A stretch of 64,000 nt of DNA from Lama guanicoe (lineage: Eukaryota): assembly GCA_013239625.1 (NCBI GenBank), contig MU053934.1, positions 9,383,352 through 9,447,351 on the forward strand, given 5' to 3'. Position 1 is the stretch's first letter, and each line of letters begins with the position of its first letter. The notes under the pieces are model-generated. The model did no database searches. It was not told the origin of the DNA and saw only the letters and a program-made list of their open reading frames with translations. Below, one piece after another: positions 49,311 through 63,052 of the stretch. A program made the translations under genes and the position numbers.

Positions 49311-50949
49311 AAATTCTGTCTCTATACAGGACTTCCATACTCTCAGGCATAGGTGGGACGGGTGGAAGGGGACAAGAGGGGCCTTGCCCACAGACACCCC
49401 GCTTTTACTCACTTAATGCTTCCCCAGGGCGAGGGTGCCGATGGAGTAGGGGCCTGGAGCCCCCAGCCCGGCTCCAGCATGCTAGCGCATGGATTAGAGG
49501 TGAAACAGAGGCTTCAGAGAAGACAGTCAGGAGCATAAATAAGCAGGTACAGTTGATAATTCAGAAATGACTTCAAACTTGTCTCCTTTAGAACCTGAGG
49601 ATTTTCCCCCTAAAGGTACCAGATACTCCCCTTCTGAGCACCGGTCTTGGACGACACGCTCCTCTGCTGTGTCTCAGGCCTCTCCAGGCAAGATAAGCCT
49701 GGCCATTTCCACACTGCAAGTGCGCAGACTGGAGCTCAGAAAGGCTAGCGGACCCACCCCAGGCCACACAGCCATGTCCCTGCTACCAGAACCCAGGTGG
49801 AAGCAGCCCCGTGGCTCGGGGCACAGCACAAAACACAGCTCAAAACACAGGCTGACATGGTTCCCTTGATCAGAATCCTCCAGGTCACTTGCTCCTTCGT
49901 CCAGGTTTATGGACAGCTTCCAGTGCTGGCTTCTGAGGTCTGACAACCGGTCTTGGCGCCCTGTCCATCCCCCCTGACAGCCCCACACGTCTGCCCTCTG
50001 CCCTCCCTGTGCAGGCCTGGCCCTGCCACCGCCTGGGACCTGCCCACGCTGTTCCTTCTGTCTGGAGGAGAGGGGGCTGCAGATGCCAGGGCCCGCGGCT
50101 GGCTGGCATTAGGGGACATCAGTGTAGGAAAGGGGTAACACAGTATGACTACGTCACTGCTGCTCTGGAGGGCAGAGGAGGGCGGACCAGGCGGTGTTCC
50201 GGGGTAACCGGCAGTTTGGGGGTGAGGACGTGCTAGGGGTGCTCTCCTCAAGCTGTCCCACAGGGCCAGCCCAGCTCTCACCCCAGGTGCCCCGGGAGAG
50301 GCTGGCAGCGAGGCCCTGCATGTCCCCAAGAACAGGGAAGCCAAGCGGGGAGCTCGTGTTTCTGTCACTGACTTTCTTCATGGAAAATTCTGCTGCGGCT
50401 CATCCCCCTGCGCTATTCAGGGGCCTCAGGACACAGACAAGATGCCAGGAGATGTGGGCAAAGCTGAAAGTCTGGAACTTTCCTCACCACTGGCCTGGGC
50501 CAGTCCCACAAAGGGAGCTTGGAGGACGTGGGTTTCAGGTGCTGCAGACAAGCCGCTGCCTCGTTCCCACCTGCAGGGCTGAGGACCGGACCCTCCCGCC
50601 TCAGACCAGAGGCCCAGCAAGGAGAGCTTCATGGCCATGTTGCACGCACCGGGTCTGAGCCGGCATGGTGCGAGGAGGCAGGTGCCTCTGAGCAATGGGA
50701 AGATCTTTCCGCCTGCCAGAGGGGTCCAGTGAATGAGGCTGCCTCTGGGACGAGGGGGTTCCAGTGAGGGTAAGGGGCAGGTGACCACTGCCAGGCAACA
50801 GATGGGCAGAGACATGGCCAAGGGAGCGAGGCCTTTGCTGCAGCATCAGCCGGGTACGAGCCCCCACCGGCAGCCCTGCGGGAGGGGTTAAGAACCGGAG
50901 TGTTGGTGCAGGCCGGCTGAGCTGGGACCCCAGCTCTGCCTTTTCCTGG

Positions 50950-51260
50950 CTCTGAGGCCTCAGGCAAGTTTCTTAACCTCTCTGTGCCTCAGTTTCCGCA
51001 TCTATAAAGTGGGAGGAATAATAGCCATGATGGGGGAGGTTATAGCTCAGTGGTAGAGCATGTGCTTAGTATGCACGAGGTCCTGGGTTCAATCCCCAGT
51101 ACCTCCATTAAAATAAGTAACATGCATACATACATACATACACCAAATTACCTACCCTCTGGCCCCACAAAAAAAAGAAAAAAATAATAACCATGATGCA
51201 TCACAGAGCTGCCAGGAGGAATGCATGATTCCAAGTACAGGGCACTTCGTAGCTGGCCTG
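50950..51260 (+). mobile_element. MIR SINE split by a younger SINE insertion
   Basis: ggcaagtttcttaacctctctgtgcctcagtttccgcatctataaagtggg before the insert, and catcacagagctgccaggagg after it. Confidence 0.75.
51033..51182 (+). mobile_element. tRNA-Ala-derived SINE (camelid vic-1-like) with 16-bp target-site duplication
   Basis: ggggaggttatagctcagtggtagagcatgtgcttagtatgcacgaggtcctgggttcaatccccagtacctcca. A box TAGCTCAGTGG and B box GGTTCAATCC. TSD aataatagccatgatg (51017-51032) and aataataaccatgatg (51183-51198). Confidence 0.92.
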
Positions 51261-51479
51261 TGGGGAGAGCTCATCGATGCTGGCCACTGGTAACCCTCAC
51301 GGCCTGAGACTGGAGACCCATCACTGACTCTCATTCACTGGGCCCCTGGGATCCAGCCTCCTTGTGGGGATCAGGGACCAGCTATGTCCATCTGGGGGAC
51401 GAGGGCTTCAACAGGCAGTTCTGAAGCCAGTGGGGGTCCCCATCACCACCAGGGGGTTCCTCCCTGGGCCAGCTCTTTC

Positions 51480-51955
51480 TTCCCTCCGAGCCAGCAATTT
51501 CACTCTGGGGTCTATACATCCAGCGGAAGCAAGCGCTTACATTTGCCAAAGGACATGCGTGCGTGTCTCCAGCTCAACCCGAAAACAAGAACCTCGGTTC
51601 CGTCACCAGGAGAATGACAGAAAAACTGTGGTACATTCCCACAGCGGGACGCAAACCGCTTACACACATGACTCTCCTAGACCCTGTGTTGAGCAAAAGA
51701 CAGGAAAACATGGATGTTACCACGTAGAAGAAGCTCCAGATCAAGCAGAACTCAGCTGGATAAAAACCAGAATGGAGTTACCCTTGGGGGGGAGGCGCTG
51801 ATGGAGAGAGGGCACCAGGGAGCCTGCTGGGTCCCAGAATGTTCCCTCTCCCTAGCTGGGTAGTCGTGACATGGGTGCCCACGTATGTAAAAATGCGTCA
51901 GTGCCCACTTGAGATTCCTGCGCGTGATGCAAGTTATTCCTCAACAAAACGTGAA
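51480..51955 (+). mobile_element. Highly degenerate L1 3' fragment
   Basis: ccagcaatttcactctggg, aactgtggtacattcc, gttacccttgggg, gttattcctcaacaaaa. Confidence 0.7.
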
Positions 51956-54900
51956 CTGTTTCAATACAGAACTTTACAGGGCTGGCAGGACAAGGCAAGA
52001 ATGAAAACTCCAAGCTTCCATATAAAAAATAAAATAAAGAAAGCATACTGAAGAAATGCAACGTGAACACTAAAATTCACTCTTGTGTGCTTTGTGTGTC
52101 CGGCCTCGAGGGGTGCTGACCCCTTCTGCAGCATGGGTGGGTGGGGTCCGCTGTGGATGCGGAAGGCAGGGGAAGGGGGGCGCCCCCTGCAGGCAGAACT
52201 GGGCTGGGCCACGGCACAGCCTGGATCTGCTGAGAGCTGTCCCCTGCCTGTCTGCCGCCCTCCACCCCTGGGTGGACTCTGTCCACAGATGTTGGCAGCC
52301 CAGCCAGAGGACCAGAACTTGGTCCTCTGGGAATGCCATATGGCAGAGACAGGCTGCCTCGGCAGCTCCCAGGCAGTGAGGGGGGTGCGCACAGGAGACC
52401 CTGAGGACTGTAGGGGTGGAGGGAGCCCTTCATGGGTGGGACTGTGCCAGGCAGTGCCATCCTGGTCTTAGCCTGCCCCCAGCCCAGCACTTGAGCCAGT
52501 GGGCAAAACTGCCCACCTGCTCGCTGTCCTCTGTCCAGAGGAGCTGGGCCCCCCGGTGGGGCCAGGCCCCATCAGGTGGCCTCCTCCCAGTTGGGCCTGA
52601 GCCTGGGAGGGGTCAGAGCTCTGTCCTGTGGCCACTCTAGCTAGGACTCCTGTCTAGGCCAAGCCCCACTCCTGCTGAGACCCAGGCTGGGGGCTCCTGG
52701 GGCAGCCTCCCCCTCCCAGCACCCGTGGGGAACATCTGGGGCATCCGAGAGCCAGGGACCCTGAGGACCTGAGACGGTCCGTTGGAGGAACTATGCTCAG
52801 GATTAGAGCCATCCTGTCCTCCTCTGTCTCTGCGTGGGACACCCTGCTTTGTTCAGGAGCTACCCTCCCCCCCCCCGCCAAAGCCTGCCCCTACAGCTAT
52901 GAGTCTAACCTAAATCCCTCATGCTGTTAAACTCAAGGCAGAGTGGGCACCTACTGTATGCTAGATCCTGGGCTCAGGGGTCCCGTCAGTGGGAAGGCAG
53001 ATGTTACAACAATACTTATTATTATTGTTGTTATTCCTTAGAATAAGAACTGAAAAGGTCCAAAAGGTCCAGCTACATGCCAAGCAGCTCATGGAGGGAG
53101 GGAGCAGAGACCAGGACCCGCACCTTCTGGACCCAGACTGGTCGGTGCCCTGGCCTGGCCCGGCTGACCCTCAGTGGTCACCATGGAACAGCCAGACAAG
53201 TGACAGACAGACAGGTGAGCCAGTGGGACACATAGAGACATGGCTCCGACACAACTGCTGGGGCCTCCCAGGGGCGGTGACCCCAGCTCATGCAGGACAT
53301 CCTCCGTGGGGCCACACGTGCACCCCATTTGCTCTTAGACTGGTACAGGCCAATAAAAATCAGCTTTCATTCACACTATAATATTGCTGAGAAAATGCCA
53401 GCTTCTTGCGAGAGCCTAGCACTTCAGGTCCCAGGAGGCAGGCAAGGCGCCAGGATTACGGGGGTGTAGCTACCCAGAGTGCCCTCAAGAGGGTTTTGAT
53501 CCACAGGCACCACCAGTGACAGGACAAACTGTGTCTTTCTGCTTAGAACGCCAGAGAGAAATGGCGTCATTGCCAGCCCAAGTCCACGTGGCGGAACAGA
53601 CTCTTAGACCCAGAGGAAGCCTCGAGCCATCTGATCTGTCCACGGAGCCTTGAAGTATAGCCACGGATGCGGCCGCGGGAGCCAGCACCTCCACCTCAGC
53701 ATATCCTCTCTCCTACGAATTCCCCAGCAACCCGCCCCACAAACCACAGCCGGGGACAGAGATGCCCAGCAGAGGGTGCACGGCCCTCCCTGGCAGGGAC
53801 CACAGCCTTGCTCCCCAGCCTGGCCCCGAGCTCCCTCTCACTGGACCGAGCACCAGCTCTCATGCAGCCCACCCCACCCCCGGGGCTGGGCTGGAGCAGC
53901 CCCTGCCCCTAACCAACCGCAGAATCCTGGAAACGGTCCTGAGGCTAGGACCAGGGCAGCACTCCATGGGGGAGACTAGGATTCAAGTACTTCCCGGAAC
54001 CCAGGCCTTGTGACCCAGCCCACTGGGCCTCAACACCCCAGACCCCTCCCAGAGCCTCAGGGGCCAGGAGAGGGTCACTGGGGGACACCTGACCCCTGCC
54101 TTCCTCCGGGGGCAGAAGCTTGCACCACCCTTGGGAAGGTGAGCAGTGATGAGAGAGGACTTCCCCAGAGGCAGCCCACCCTGACCCCTGCCTCTGGGGC
54201 CGCCCCCACCCCCAGCCTGCCCCTTGGCCCCGCCCAACACCAGCAGGGTGTGGCCTCGCCGCCTGAGTCAGGTCTGCCAGCCTACCCTGGGCTGCTCCTC
54301 ATTGGTCCTGGGTTGGTGCCAGTCATGAGGCTGGCCCCAGGCACGCCCCTTATTACTCACTCTGACCCTCCCTACATCACTCACTCTGTGTTCTCTCCAG
54401 GTCCTCCTCCCAAGCCTGCTGGTCTCCCCAGGGCAGAGACCCTCCTCAGGGAGGCCTTCCCACCCACTGGCCCCCCAGGGAGCCGGGACTCTGTGCTTGG
54501 GCTACTCAGGCTTTTCCTGATGCCATCTGGGGCCGGGTCTGTCCACCACCACCAGCCGTAGGCTCCCCAGAGTTGGGGTCCCCAACATTGCCCAGTAGCC
54601 AGAGGGCCCTGAGCCGGCCTTGGACATAGCCTCCCACCCCAGCCCCAGCTCCCTGGGAGGTGGGGACAGGCGGCTGAACTGGGCCAGATCTCCAGCCTCC
54701 CTCCAAGCCGCCATCCATGGCTTGGCCCCGGCTGCCCAGCTGCCCAGAGCTCCTCCAGCCCACGCTCCTGGCCCCGGGCGCTTCGCAGTTCTTCCTTCTC
54801 GGGCATCCTCGGGCAAAATATTTGAAGAATGTTCTAATTATCTGTGATCAGCCAGGGAGGCAAGCCTGGTTCCACTTGTCCAGGAAGTAACTCGACAAAT

Positions 54901-57572
54901 ACCTGGGAGGCAGCACCTGGCCCCCACGCCCACCCAAGGCTCTGTCCCTGCCAGTCTCTCCCTCCGGTGGGCAGGAGTTGGCCCAGAACTTTCCAGCCAC
55001 AGACGGGCCAGAGGAGGCTCTTCGGCTCTGAAGCCCCGCAGGGTCCCGGGGGGCAGGGTAGGGGCAGGGGTTAACGGGGGCCCCAGTGCTCCTGCCTGTC
55101 AGATGGGGCTGAGAACGTCCTCCAGGTCTGGGGCCACTGCAGACCCCTGGGGCGATCGCAGGGCCAGGGCTTGGGGCCCCACAGCCGCCTCCTGTCAGAC
55201 AGATCAGGACAGAATGGAACAGAAGGGCTGATGCAGCCGACGTAGGGCCTCCTGGCACACAGGCCACCTGTCCCTGCTCTGCTTTCTTGAATCTGCTCAT
55301 CTTCTTCCCCTGCTGGGGTTCCAGGCCAGCCTGGGGGCGGGGAGTGTGAGGCTTGGGGACATCCCCAGACTCAGGAAGGCCACTCCAAGGCTGTTCTGAG
55401 ACTCAGTTTTCTCATCTGAAAATAGGACACAATCAGCCCTCGGTTGGCCAATGGCCAGGAGGTACCTGACCCTCATGGGACAATGGGGTGGGGGGGTGCA
55501 GAGGGCAGGCCTGATTGCACCCTGCCCTGGCCGTCTGAACTGTCCCTCCCCTGCCCAGTCACAGGGCCCGCACTTGAGGGGGACAACAAGCCAAAAAGAC
55601 CACCCTTCCTAGCCGCATCCCCGACCCTGTCCCATCTCATCTCCATGGGGCCTCTTCGGGATGGGCCTTTCCAGCCCCCTTTACAGATGAGAAAACTGGG
55701 GCTTTGAGCAGAGATCCAAAAGGGAGCTTCGTGGCAGTAGGCAGGGAGGAGGGTGTCCCAAGTGGCCTGGAGAAAGGCCTGGAGGCAGGAAGGGGCCCAG
55801 CTGGGAAGTGAGGCCACCTCGCAGGCCCTCCTCCTGCCCCGCCAGGGCCTCAGTTTCCCATCTCCACAGCGAGGGGCGGAGGAGACAATCTAGGTACCTG
55901 GAGCTGTATCCTAAAGAGGGTCTCTGGGTTTGGGGTCCTGTGTTCGGGTTCCACTCAGCCGCTGACTCCCCCTGGCTTCAGGAGCCTCAGTTTGCCCATC
56001 TATCAGATGCACCCTGCTGGTGAGTGGCGGCTCCTGCGGGCTGGCTCCCCGCACTGCGGTCCCTCCCGCTGCAATCTTTCCAGGCCACTGCTCTGCTCTG
56101 CTCGCCCCGCAGTGTTCCCAGGAAGAGAGCGGAGAGTCAGCCTGCTCCCTGGGCCCGGGGCGGGCGGCTGCCCGCCCGCCAGCCCTCCCCACATAGCTGG
56201 CATTCCTGGCCTGGCATCCCAGGACCCCACCCTGAAGAGAAACCGGGCAGCCTGGGAGAAAGCAGTGGTGGGCAGGGGGTTTGGGCAGGGCTGAGGCCAT
56301 GCAAGGTGGATGAGCACTGGAGCAGGGAGCTCATGGCTGAGGGAGCACAGGGGGCCGGGGGATCCATCCAGCCCCCACCTCTGCCAAATCTGTGAAATTG
56401 GAACCTCACCCAGTCATTGCGACCCTCAAACCTCAGGACATTGACCTCTGACCCTCAGAAACTTCCAGACCTCTGCTGGGCATTTAGGGTCCATCATCTT
56501 ACTCCTGGGTTCTGGCCACACTGGACCAGCAATTCCCCCTCCAGGGGCACACTGCCCCACCCCCAGGAGCCAGGCAAGATTCAAGGCCCAGCTTGGTGCC
56601 CCCTCCTCCAAGAAGCCCACCCAAGTCTCTCCTCTTTTTCCCCTCCTCCCACTCAGCATGGTCACGTCTATGCCAGGCTTCTGAGGCGGCTTTTAGGAGC
56701 TGAGACTGAGCAACACCTGTTTGGCCAGGCCACGACCACACTTTTGCTTCTTCTGCTGCACCCTGGCCTTCCCTAGGCCTCACCCCTGACTCTTCTCCTC
56801 GCTCCCCACAGTACGGGTGGGGACACCAATGCCCAGAAGGGCCATGGCACCTACAGCCACATGGTGAGCTGAGGTCCAAGCAAGGAGCAGACCCCCAGCC
56901 CCAGCCTTGGCCTCCGCCCCAAAGCCCCAGATCTGTTGGAATATGGGGGCGTCTTGCAGGCTTGTATGCCCAGGATGCCAGTCTGAAACCTCAGGACAGA
57001 CGGATGGACAGACAGACGGATGGAGCAGGTAGGAGGAAGCTGGCAGGCCCTGCTGGCCCGTGGCCAGGCTGGGAGTCCGGGCGCCTAGTGGCTTGGCCAG
57101 TGCCTCGGCCTTCCTGGCCACTCGACATGGTGTGAGCCTTGGGGGCCAAGCCCCTGTGGACAGTGGACACTGAGCCACCGGCTCTGTGGCAACTGCAGAG
57201 CCAAGCTCCTGGCCCCAGCCCTGAGCCGCAGGCGTACGTGCCGGAGGGTCCCTCTTCAGGAACGGACGAGGGCAGCGGCCTGCCTCCGCCACTCAGCGCC
57301 TCAGAGCGAAGTGTGAGCTGGAGCAGAGCCCAGCCCTGCGCAGGCTCTCCCCAGTTCTACGGCCCCACCCTCTGCTCTCACCGAAGCGGGGGACCCCCCG
57401 GGCCAGATCCCCTGGGCGCAGTGCCCTCACCACCCACCTCCTCTTTTAAGCGTGCCACTGCTCTGGGCTGCTCCCTCCAAGAATTCCTGGGCCACCAGGG
57501 CTTCCCAAACCAACTGCCTCAGCTTGGACAGGGTGTTCACTCTCCCCAGCAGCACCCCACTCCATCCCCCCA

Positions 57573-57591
57573 CCCCCCCCCCCCCCCCCCC
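57573..57591. repeat. Poly-C (C19) homopolymer
   Basis: Seen directly in the sequence. Confidence 0.95.
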
Positions 57592-60500
57592 ACGCCCCAT
57601 TAGCCTGGCTGCGATGACCCATCTAAGCTGCATGCTTCCTGGGGCCAGGGGTCCCCAGGGCTTGCCCAAGGTGGCCCAGGCCTGAGCACCACCCTTGCTT
57701 TCCGAGGACAGCCCCCCCGTTAAAGGACAGGAGCAGTGCCTTGTCCACAGCCAGACAGCCACCTGGCAGGGACGCGCTGCCAGAGCCAAGAGCAGGCCCG
57801 GGTCTGAGGCTTTTCTCCCACTTCTGGCTCTGCCCCAGGCTGGTCAGTTTCCTCACTCTTCCACTGCCCACTGCCGTCCTCCCACCTCCCCCTCTTCCTC
57901 CCTGCAGGAGTCTCCACCACAGAAGGCAGGCCAGGGGGCAGCTCTAGGCTCACACGCAGACTTGACTGCAATCCCCTGGTCTCTGGGATTGGCTGGGAAA
58001 GCAGCCTGCGGTGGCCCGGGGGTCAGCTAGAGCCTCCCCTCCAAAGCGCACTTCTCGGGATGGAAGCTAGACATCGAGGAGGACTTCCCCAAGCGATGGC
58101 GTCATCAGACTCATACCCTGCCTTGCTGCAGGAAATAAAGGAGCTGGGCTGGCTTGGGGAGGCAGGTGCCCACCCCCTACATAGTACCCCGAGCTGCGGC
58201 CTGGAGTGATGTCCTGCCTGACCGCACAGCCAGCCAGGCGGGTTCTGAGACAGAGAACAGGTGGGAGGCCCTGGGCAGCGCTCAGCCCTGAGCCAAGCAC
58301 CCCTCCCCAGACACTGACCAACACAGCCCTGATCTAGCATGTCCAGGCCGGTGTCCCTGGGGTTCCCCCTGCCCTGGGTGATGAACCCAGAGTCCTTGTG
58401 TGCTCTGAACTAGTGGGAACAGGATGCGTGACCAGAGTCCAAGGCTGCCAGTTCCCTGTCCAGTGCACCACGACACTAGGCTGCACCGCCAGCCCAGGGC
58501 TCCCCATGCACACTTGGCCGCCTGGCTTCCTAGCCTATTTCATGGACCTGAGGCTCAGCAGGCTCACCCTGGGACCCTGGGCATGCTACACACCATGCTC
58601 CACCCTGGGGCAGGGCCACCATGAAGGGTGACAACCCTGTCAGGGAAGTGCCAGGGGCGTGGTCCATGGGGGCGGCCAAGCCAGCACTTCAGCCCACTGC
58701 AGGGCCCAATCTGAGGCACGGAGGACACAGGACTGGCCCGGGAAGATGGGCGACAGATCTAGTTGCTTCTGGAGGGGGCGTGTCAGAAGCACCTGGAAAC
58801 TCCCAGCACTCCCAGCCAGTCACCCTGGAAAGACTAGGGAGCCGGGAGAGCCTGGCAGTCATCCAGCCCCTCAGACCACCCCCTGTGCCCACCTGCACCA
58901 ACACACCTGGGGCCTGACGGCCTCTGCCACCACTGGGCGGTGGGCCCTGGCCAAGTCAGTGGGCCTCGCTGGGCCCCAGACACACGAGCAGCCGTCTGAC
59001 CATCCGACATGCTTTGCTGGGAAGCAACTGAGAGCAGAGGGCTATGCTGGATGCGGGGCTGGAGGAGTGCAGGGGGGCAGCGGTCAATTCCACAACCACA
59101 GGCCTGGCCTCTTGGAGCTTGGGTGCTGACAGGGCTCCCCTCCCACACTCTGCCTCCCATCATTCTTGCAGATCCTGCCTTGGGAAGTCCGTCCCCTGCC
59201 CTCTGCACCCCCTCCATCTGAGGCCAGCAGGACCAGCCTCCTCCCCTCATCCCATTGTCCTCCCTGCACCCAGGGTCTTGCCTTAGCTCTGGATGGAGCT
59301 GCTCATCCCTGCCCTGCTCGACCCGCCCCCAGGGCTCCCCAGACCTGGGGCAGCTGCCGCCACCACGACTCCGACCTCACCTCCCACTGCCCCGCCCAAC
59401 TCTAACCAGCTCTACCCACTCCCAGTTCCCCCAGCCCCCACTCCATCCTCCCCGTCATCCCTCTGCCAGGAATGCCTTCCCTCCAGCACATTCTTTACGA
59501 CCCAGGTCAGAGGTCACCTTCTGAGGGAGGACTTCCCTGGTCCACCTTCACTGCAGATGGATTAGGGTTCCTGCCATAGGTACCACAGGGCTTTGCATAA
59601 AAATGAGAAAGGAAAGAAGTTTACCAGTTACACCTGCGCACACGACTGGCCTTGTTCACCTCGCACAAGGGCTGCAGGGGATGCGAGCTCAGGCTGCTGC
59701 GGACAGCGCAGGGGAGAGAAGGAGGGCCCCTGAGCCTCTAGGCTCATCACCCAGATGGAGAAACTGAGGTCCAGAGAAGGCGAGGATTGCTCACAAGGTT
59801 GCCTCAAATCCATGGCATATGGCACCATACTCATGCTGACCTGACAGAGGTCACAATCTGCCCAGCTGGGGCCACCTCCTCTCTGCTCCAGCTGGTCTCA
59901 GAGGAGACAGGTCAGGGCCCAGGGCAGGGAGGGACCTGTGGCAGGAATCTGAGGGCCTCTTGGTATGCCCCACACCCACTGGGAAATTTGCCTCTCTGGC
60001 CCCAAATCTAAATGTGGAGGCAGCCCCTGAGCTTGAGAACACCCTTACTTGGAGCCTCATGACTCCTGGTCAACACAAGTCTAACCAGCTGGGTTAGCTG
60101 GTTTCTCCATCCCTGTGAGGTTACAGGCAGCGAATTCAAGGGTGTCGGAGTTGGCTGGAGGGAGGAATGGGCGTCAGCAGGACGGCCTGAGAGGCAGCAG
60201 GGATGGAAGAGTCAGGCAGACCCAGGTTCGGGTCTGGGCTCAGCCCCCTTGAGCGTGCCCTGGAGAGTTATCCGGTGCCCTGGCCCTCATGCTTCTCGCT
60301 TCCCCACCTCCCAAGTGGGTGGCCTTAGCTTAGGTCCTCTTTGCTGGCAGCCCAGGGGGAAGGAGATTCAAAGCTGACCCCAGATGTAGGCACATAACCA
60401 CCCCACAAGAGAAACCCTTTCCAGGAGGACCTGGTCCCACAGACGCGGAAGGCAAAGTCCCCAGTCAGGATCCCAGGGGGCAGGCGGTACTTTCTGGAAG

Positions 60501-62860
60501 AATCACCATCTGAAAGGGTCTCACCTGCTTTGTGACTTGGGACAGTGAGGGCCGGACCCCTCAGCACCCTGGCAGCACAGCCGCGTGCCACCCAGAGGGT
60601 GAGCCCAGACGCCGGCCACCCTTTCCCGAGGCTCCTGCCCTCCAGGGGCCTGGCTGCTTCACAGCTCCAGCTGGGCCCAGCAGCAGGACTTTCCTGCACA
60701 AGGAATACCTCTGGTCTGGGAGGCACGTGGAGAAGCATTGGTAGCAGGGATGGCCATGCGGGTGGTTTGGGAAAGCGATGGAGGCCCACAGGGGCTACTG
60801 GGAAGGGATTGCCAGGGGCTCATGACTTGGCCTCATCCAGACCACAGCTGATGCCAGGGAGCTGCTTGCTAGGCAGGGTGGTGTCCCCCTCCATCCTGGG
60901 TCCCTCTCCGGGCAGCTAGCAGGTTTTAGGGTCTGCGGAGAGTGACTACTTGGAGGCTGCAGAATTTCAGTGTCTTCCATTCACAGACAGCCCTTCTGGC
61001 ATCCCCAGTGCCTCAGAGGCCACCTGCTCCAGCCCGAGGCTAGGAGAGGCATCAGTGGGCAGGGTTCCAAGCCCTGCTCTGTCTGTGCTCAGCTGCTGAG
61101 GCTGTGAGATGACCCGCTCAGGACCTCAGCATCCTCATCCATGGAGCAGGCCAACCACACCACAAGGCTGCCTTGCACCGAGGACCACGAGTGCTGGCTT
61201 CCTTCTAGGTGAGGCTTTTCCCCATCATCTCTGGCCTTCACCCCTGCTTCTGTTTGTATGCCTCCAGGGCTGGAGAGCTCACTGCCTCCCTGCCAACAGC
61301 AGGGCTGGCCCAGGCCTCGGGTTCCCTACTCAGAGGGACAGGATGCCCTGGGTGGGAGGCAGGATGGGGAGGGGGCCTAGGCCAGTGGAACAGCTCTGTG
61401 ATGGAGACAGGGAAGATGGAGAAAGGGATGAGGGAGCGCACCTGTGCCCACCCCCACCCTGCCGACCAGCCAGAGGGGAGGCCCCAGCCCCGAGCCAGAG
61501 AAGGAGGACAAATGGTGGTTTTGTCCTTGGCCAGCGGGCGGCCCGAGCCACACAATGACCCTTTCATCAGGCTCAGGGAGCCCTGGGCCGGGGTTTCATC
61601 TGACAAGGGAGGGCGCCCGGCCTCCTGTCCTCTTGCTGGGGGAGGGGGGTGAGCCCTATCTGAGCCGGACCCCAGGCCACACAAAATGGAGGTTTCAGAG
61701 GAGCCAGCTGAAGCCCCTCCATCTGCCCCAGGAGGAGAGAAGCCCCAAGAGGTTAGAGGATTGGCCGCAGGCTGCACAGAGGGGCCGGGTTCTGGGTACC
61801 CCCAGCCCTGAGCTGACAGAGGGTCTGCGTCTCCCCAGTCAAGACCTCCATCCCACCTCATCCCCTCCCCTGCCTCGACCCTCAGGGTCTACCCAGGGCA
61901 GTCGGATGACAGCATTGGTCCAGATCCCCAGCAGGGGTCTGGGCTTCCCACAGGCTGAGCAACCCTGGCCCCCGATGCCCTAGGCTGGCACAGAGTTCTG
62001 GGGGGCACCGTGGGGTGGGGGAGAGGCAGGCAGAGTGAGCTTCTAGCCCTGTATCCAGTGTCCACCAGACAAGCCAAAGGAAATAAGTGCAGTCAGGGCC
62101 TCAAAACTCACCTCCCTTCGTGGCGACCTCCCCTGTCCAGAGCCCCTCCAGCAGCTGCCTGCACCGGCCCCAAGGCCCCAGGGCCCCGGGGTGCCTCTCC
62201 CTGTCAGGCCACCACAGGCAGTGGAGGTGGTCCCAGAGCCAGGAGAGCTGCTGCCCTGGGCTCTGGGTGACCTGAGGAGATGGCCTCTCCACTGGACCCC
62301 AGCATTCTTGTCTGCCTGCCTCAGCAAGATGCTGTGAACTTCGCTGGGTGAATGTGTTTGATGGTGAGTATCGTTCCTTCTTCGGTGAGTCTCTCTCTCA
62401 TGCCCCTGTTGAGTCTGGGCATCTCCTACCCATCCTTCAAAACCCTGTTTAGGTCTCACCTCCTCTGGGAAGCCCTTCAAGATACCCTAGAGAGTTCATC
62501 ATTCTCTCCTGAACAAGCACAGCCACAGGACCTCCCTCCGTCCCTGGTGGCCAGCCTCTCTGTTCCTAATAGCTGACAGTGACCCCACCTTCTGAGCGCT
62601 TCCTGTATGTGAAGCACCCGCTGGGCCCACCTCAGCACCTACTTGTTGAATTCTCACACCCCCGCCACCCAGAAGGCGCATGTTCCCATGGCCCCCACCC
62701 TACAGAGGACATAGCCAAGGTTACAGGATGCACCAAGGCAGTAAAAGGAGGACAGGGACATGAACCTAGGATCTGGGTCACCATCAGGCCCCTTGCTTGG
62801 CCTCACAAGGACGGAGGGGAAACCTGGTTGGGAAACTGGCCCTCCTCCTGCGGGCCTCAG

Positions 62861-62931
62861 TGTATAGCTGCAGACAGAGAACGAGATTCAATTTCCTGTA
62901 ATAAGCTACAATGGAAAAGAATCTGAAAACA

Positions 62932-62970
<39 letters not shown>

Positions 62971-63052
62971 ACATATAACCGAACAGCTTTGCCATGCGCC
63001 TGAAACTAACATTGTAAAGCAACTACACTTCAATAAAATATAAGATAAAAAA
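62861..63052 (+). mobile_element. 5'-truncated younger L1 3' end (artiodactyl-type) with internal (TA)n
   Basis: cctgtaataagctacaatggaaaagaatctgaaaa (ta)n ..cctgaaactaacattgtaaagcaactacacttcaataaaa plus A-rich tail. Confidence 0.8.

Noticed and set aside
51033..51107. tRNA-Ala gene (also 3535-3611 and 3724-3797)
   Set aside because: Followed by a SINE body and A tail, with a clear TSD for the 51 kb copy, and the stems are imperfect. These are SINE heads.
53056..53070. AGGTCC-aaa-AGGTCC DR3-like nuclear receptor element
   Set aside because: Imperfect half-sites, probably within a decayed MIR. Likely a slippage duplication.
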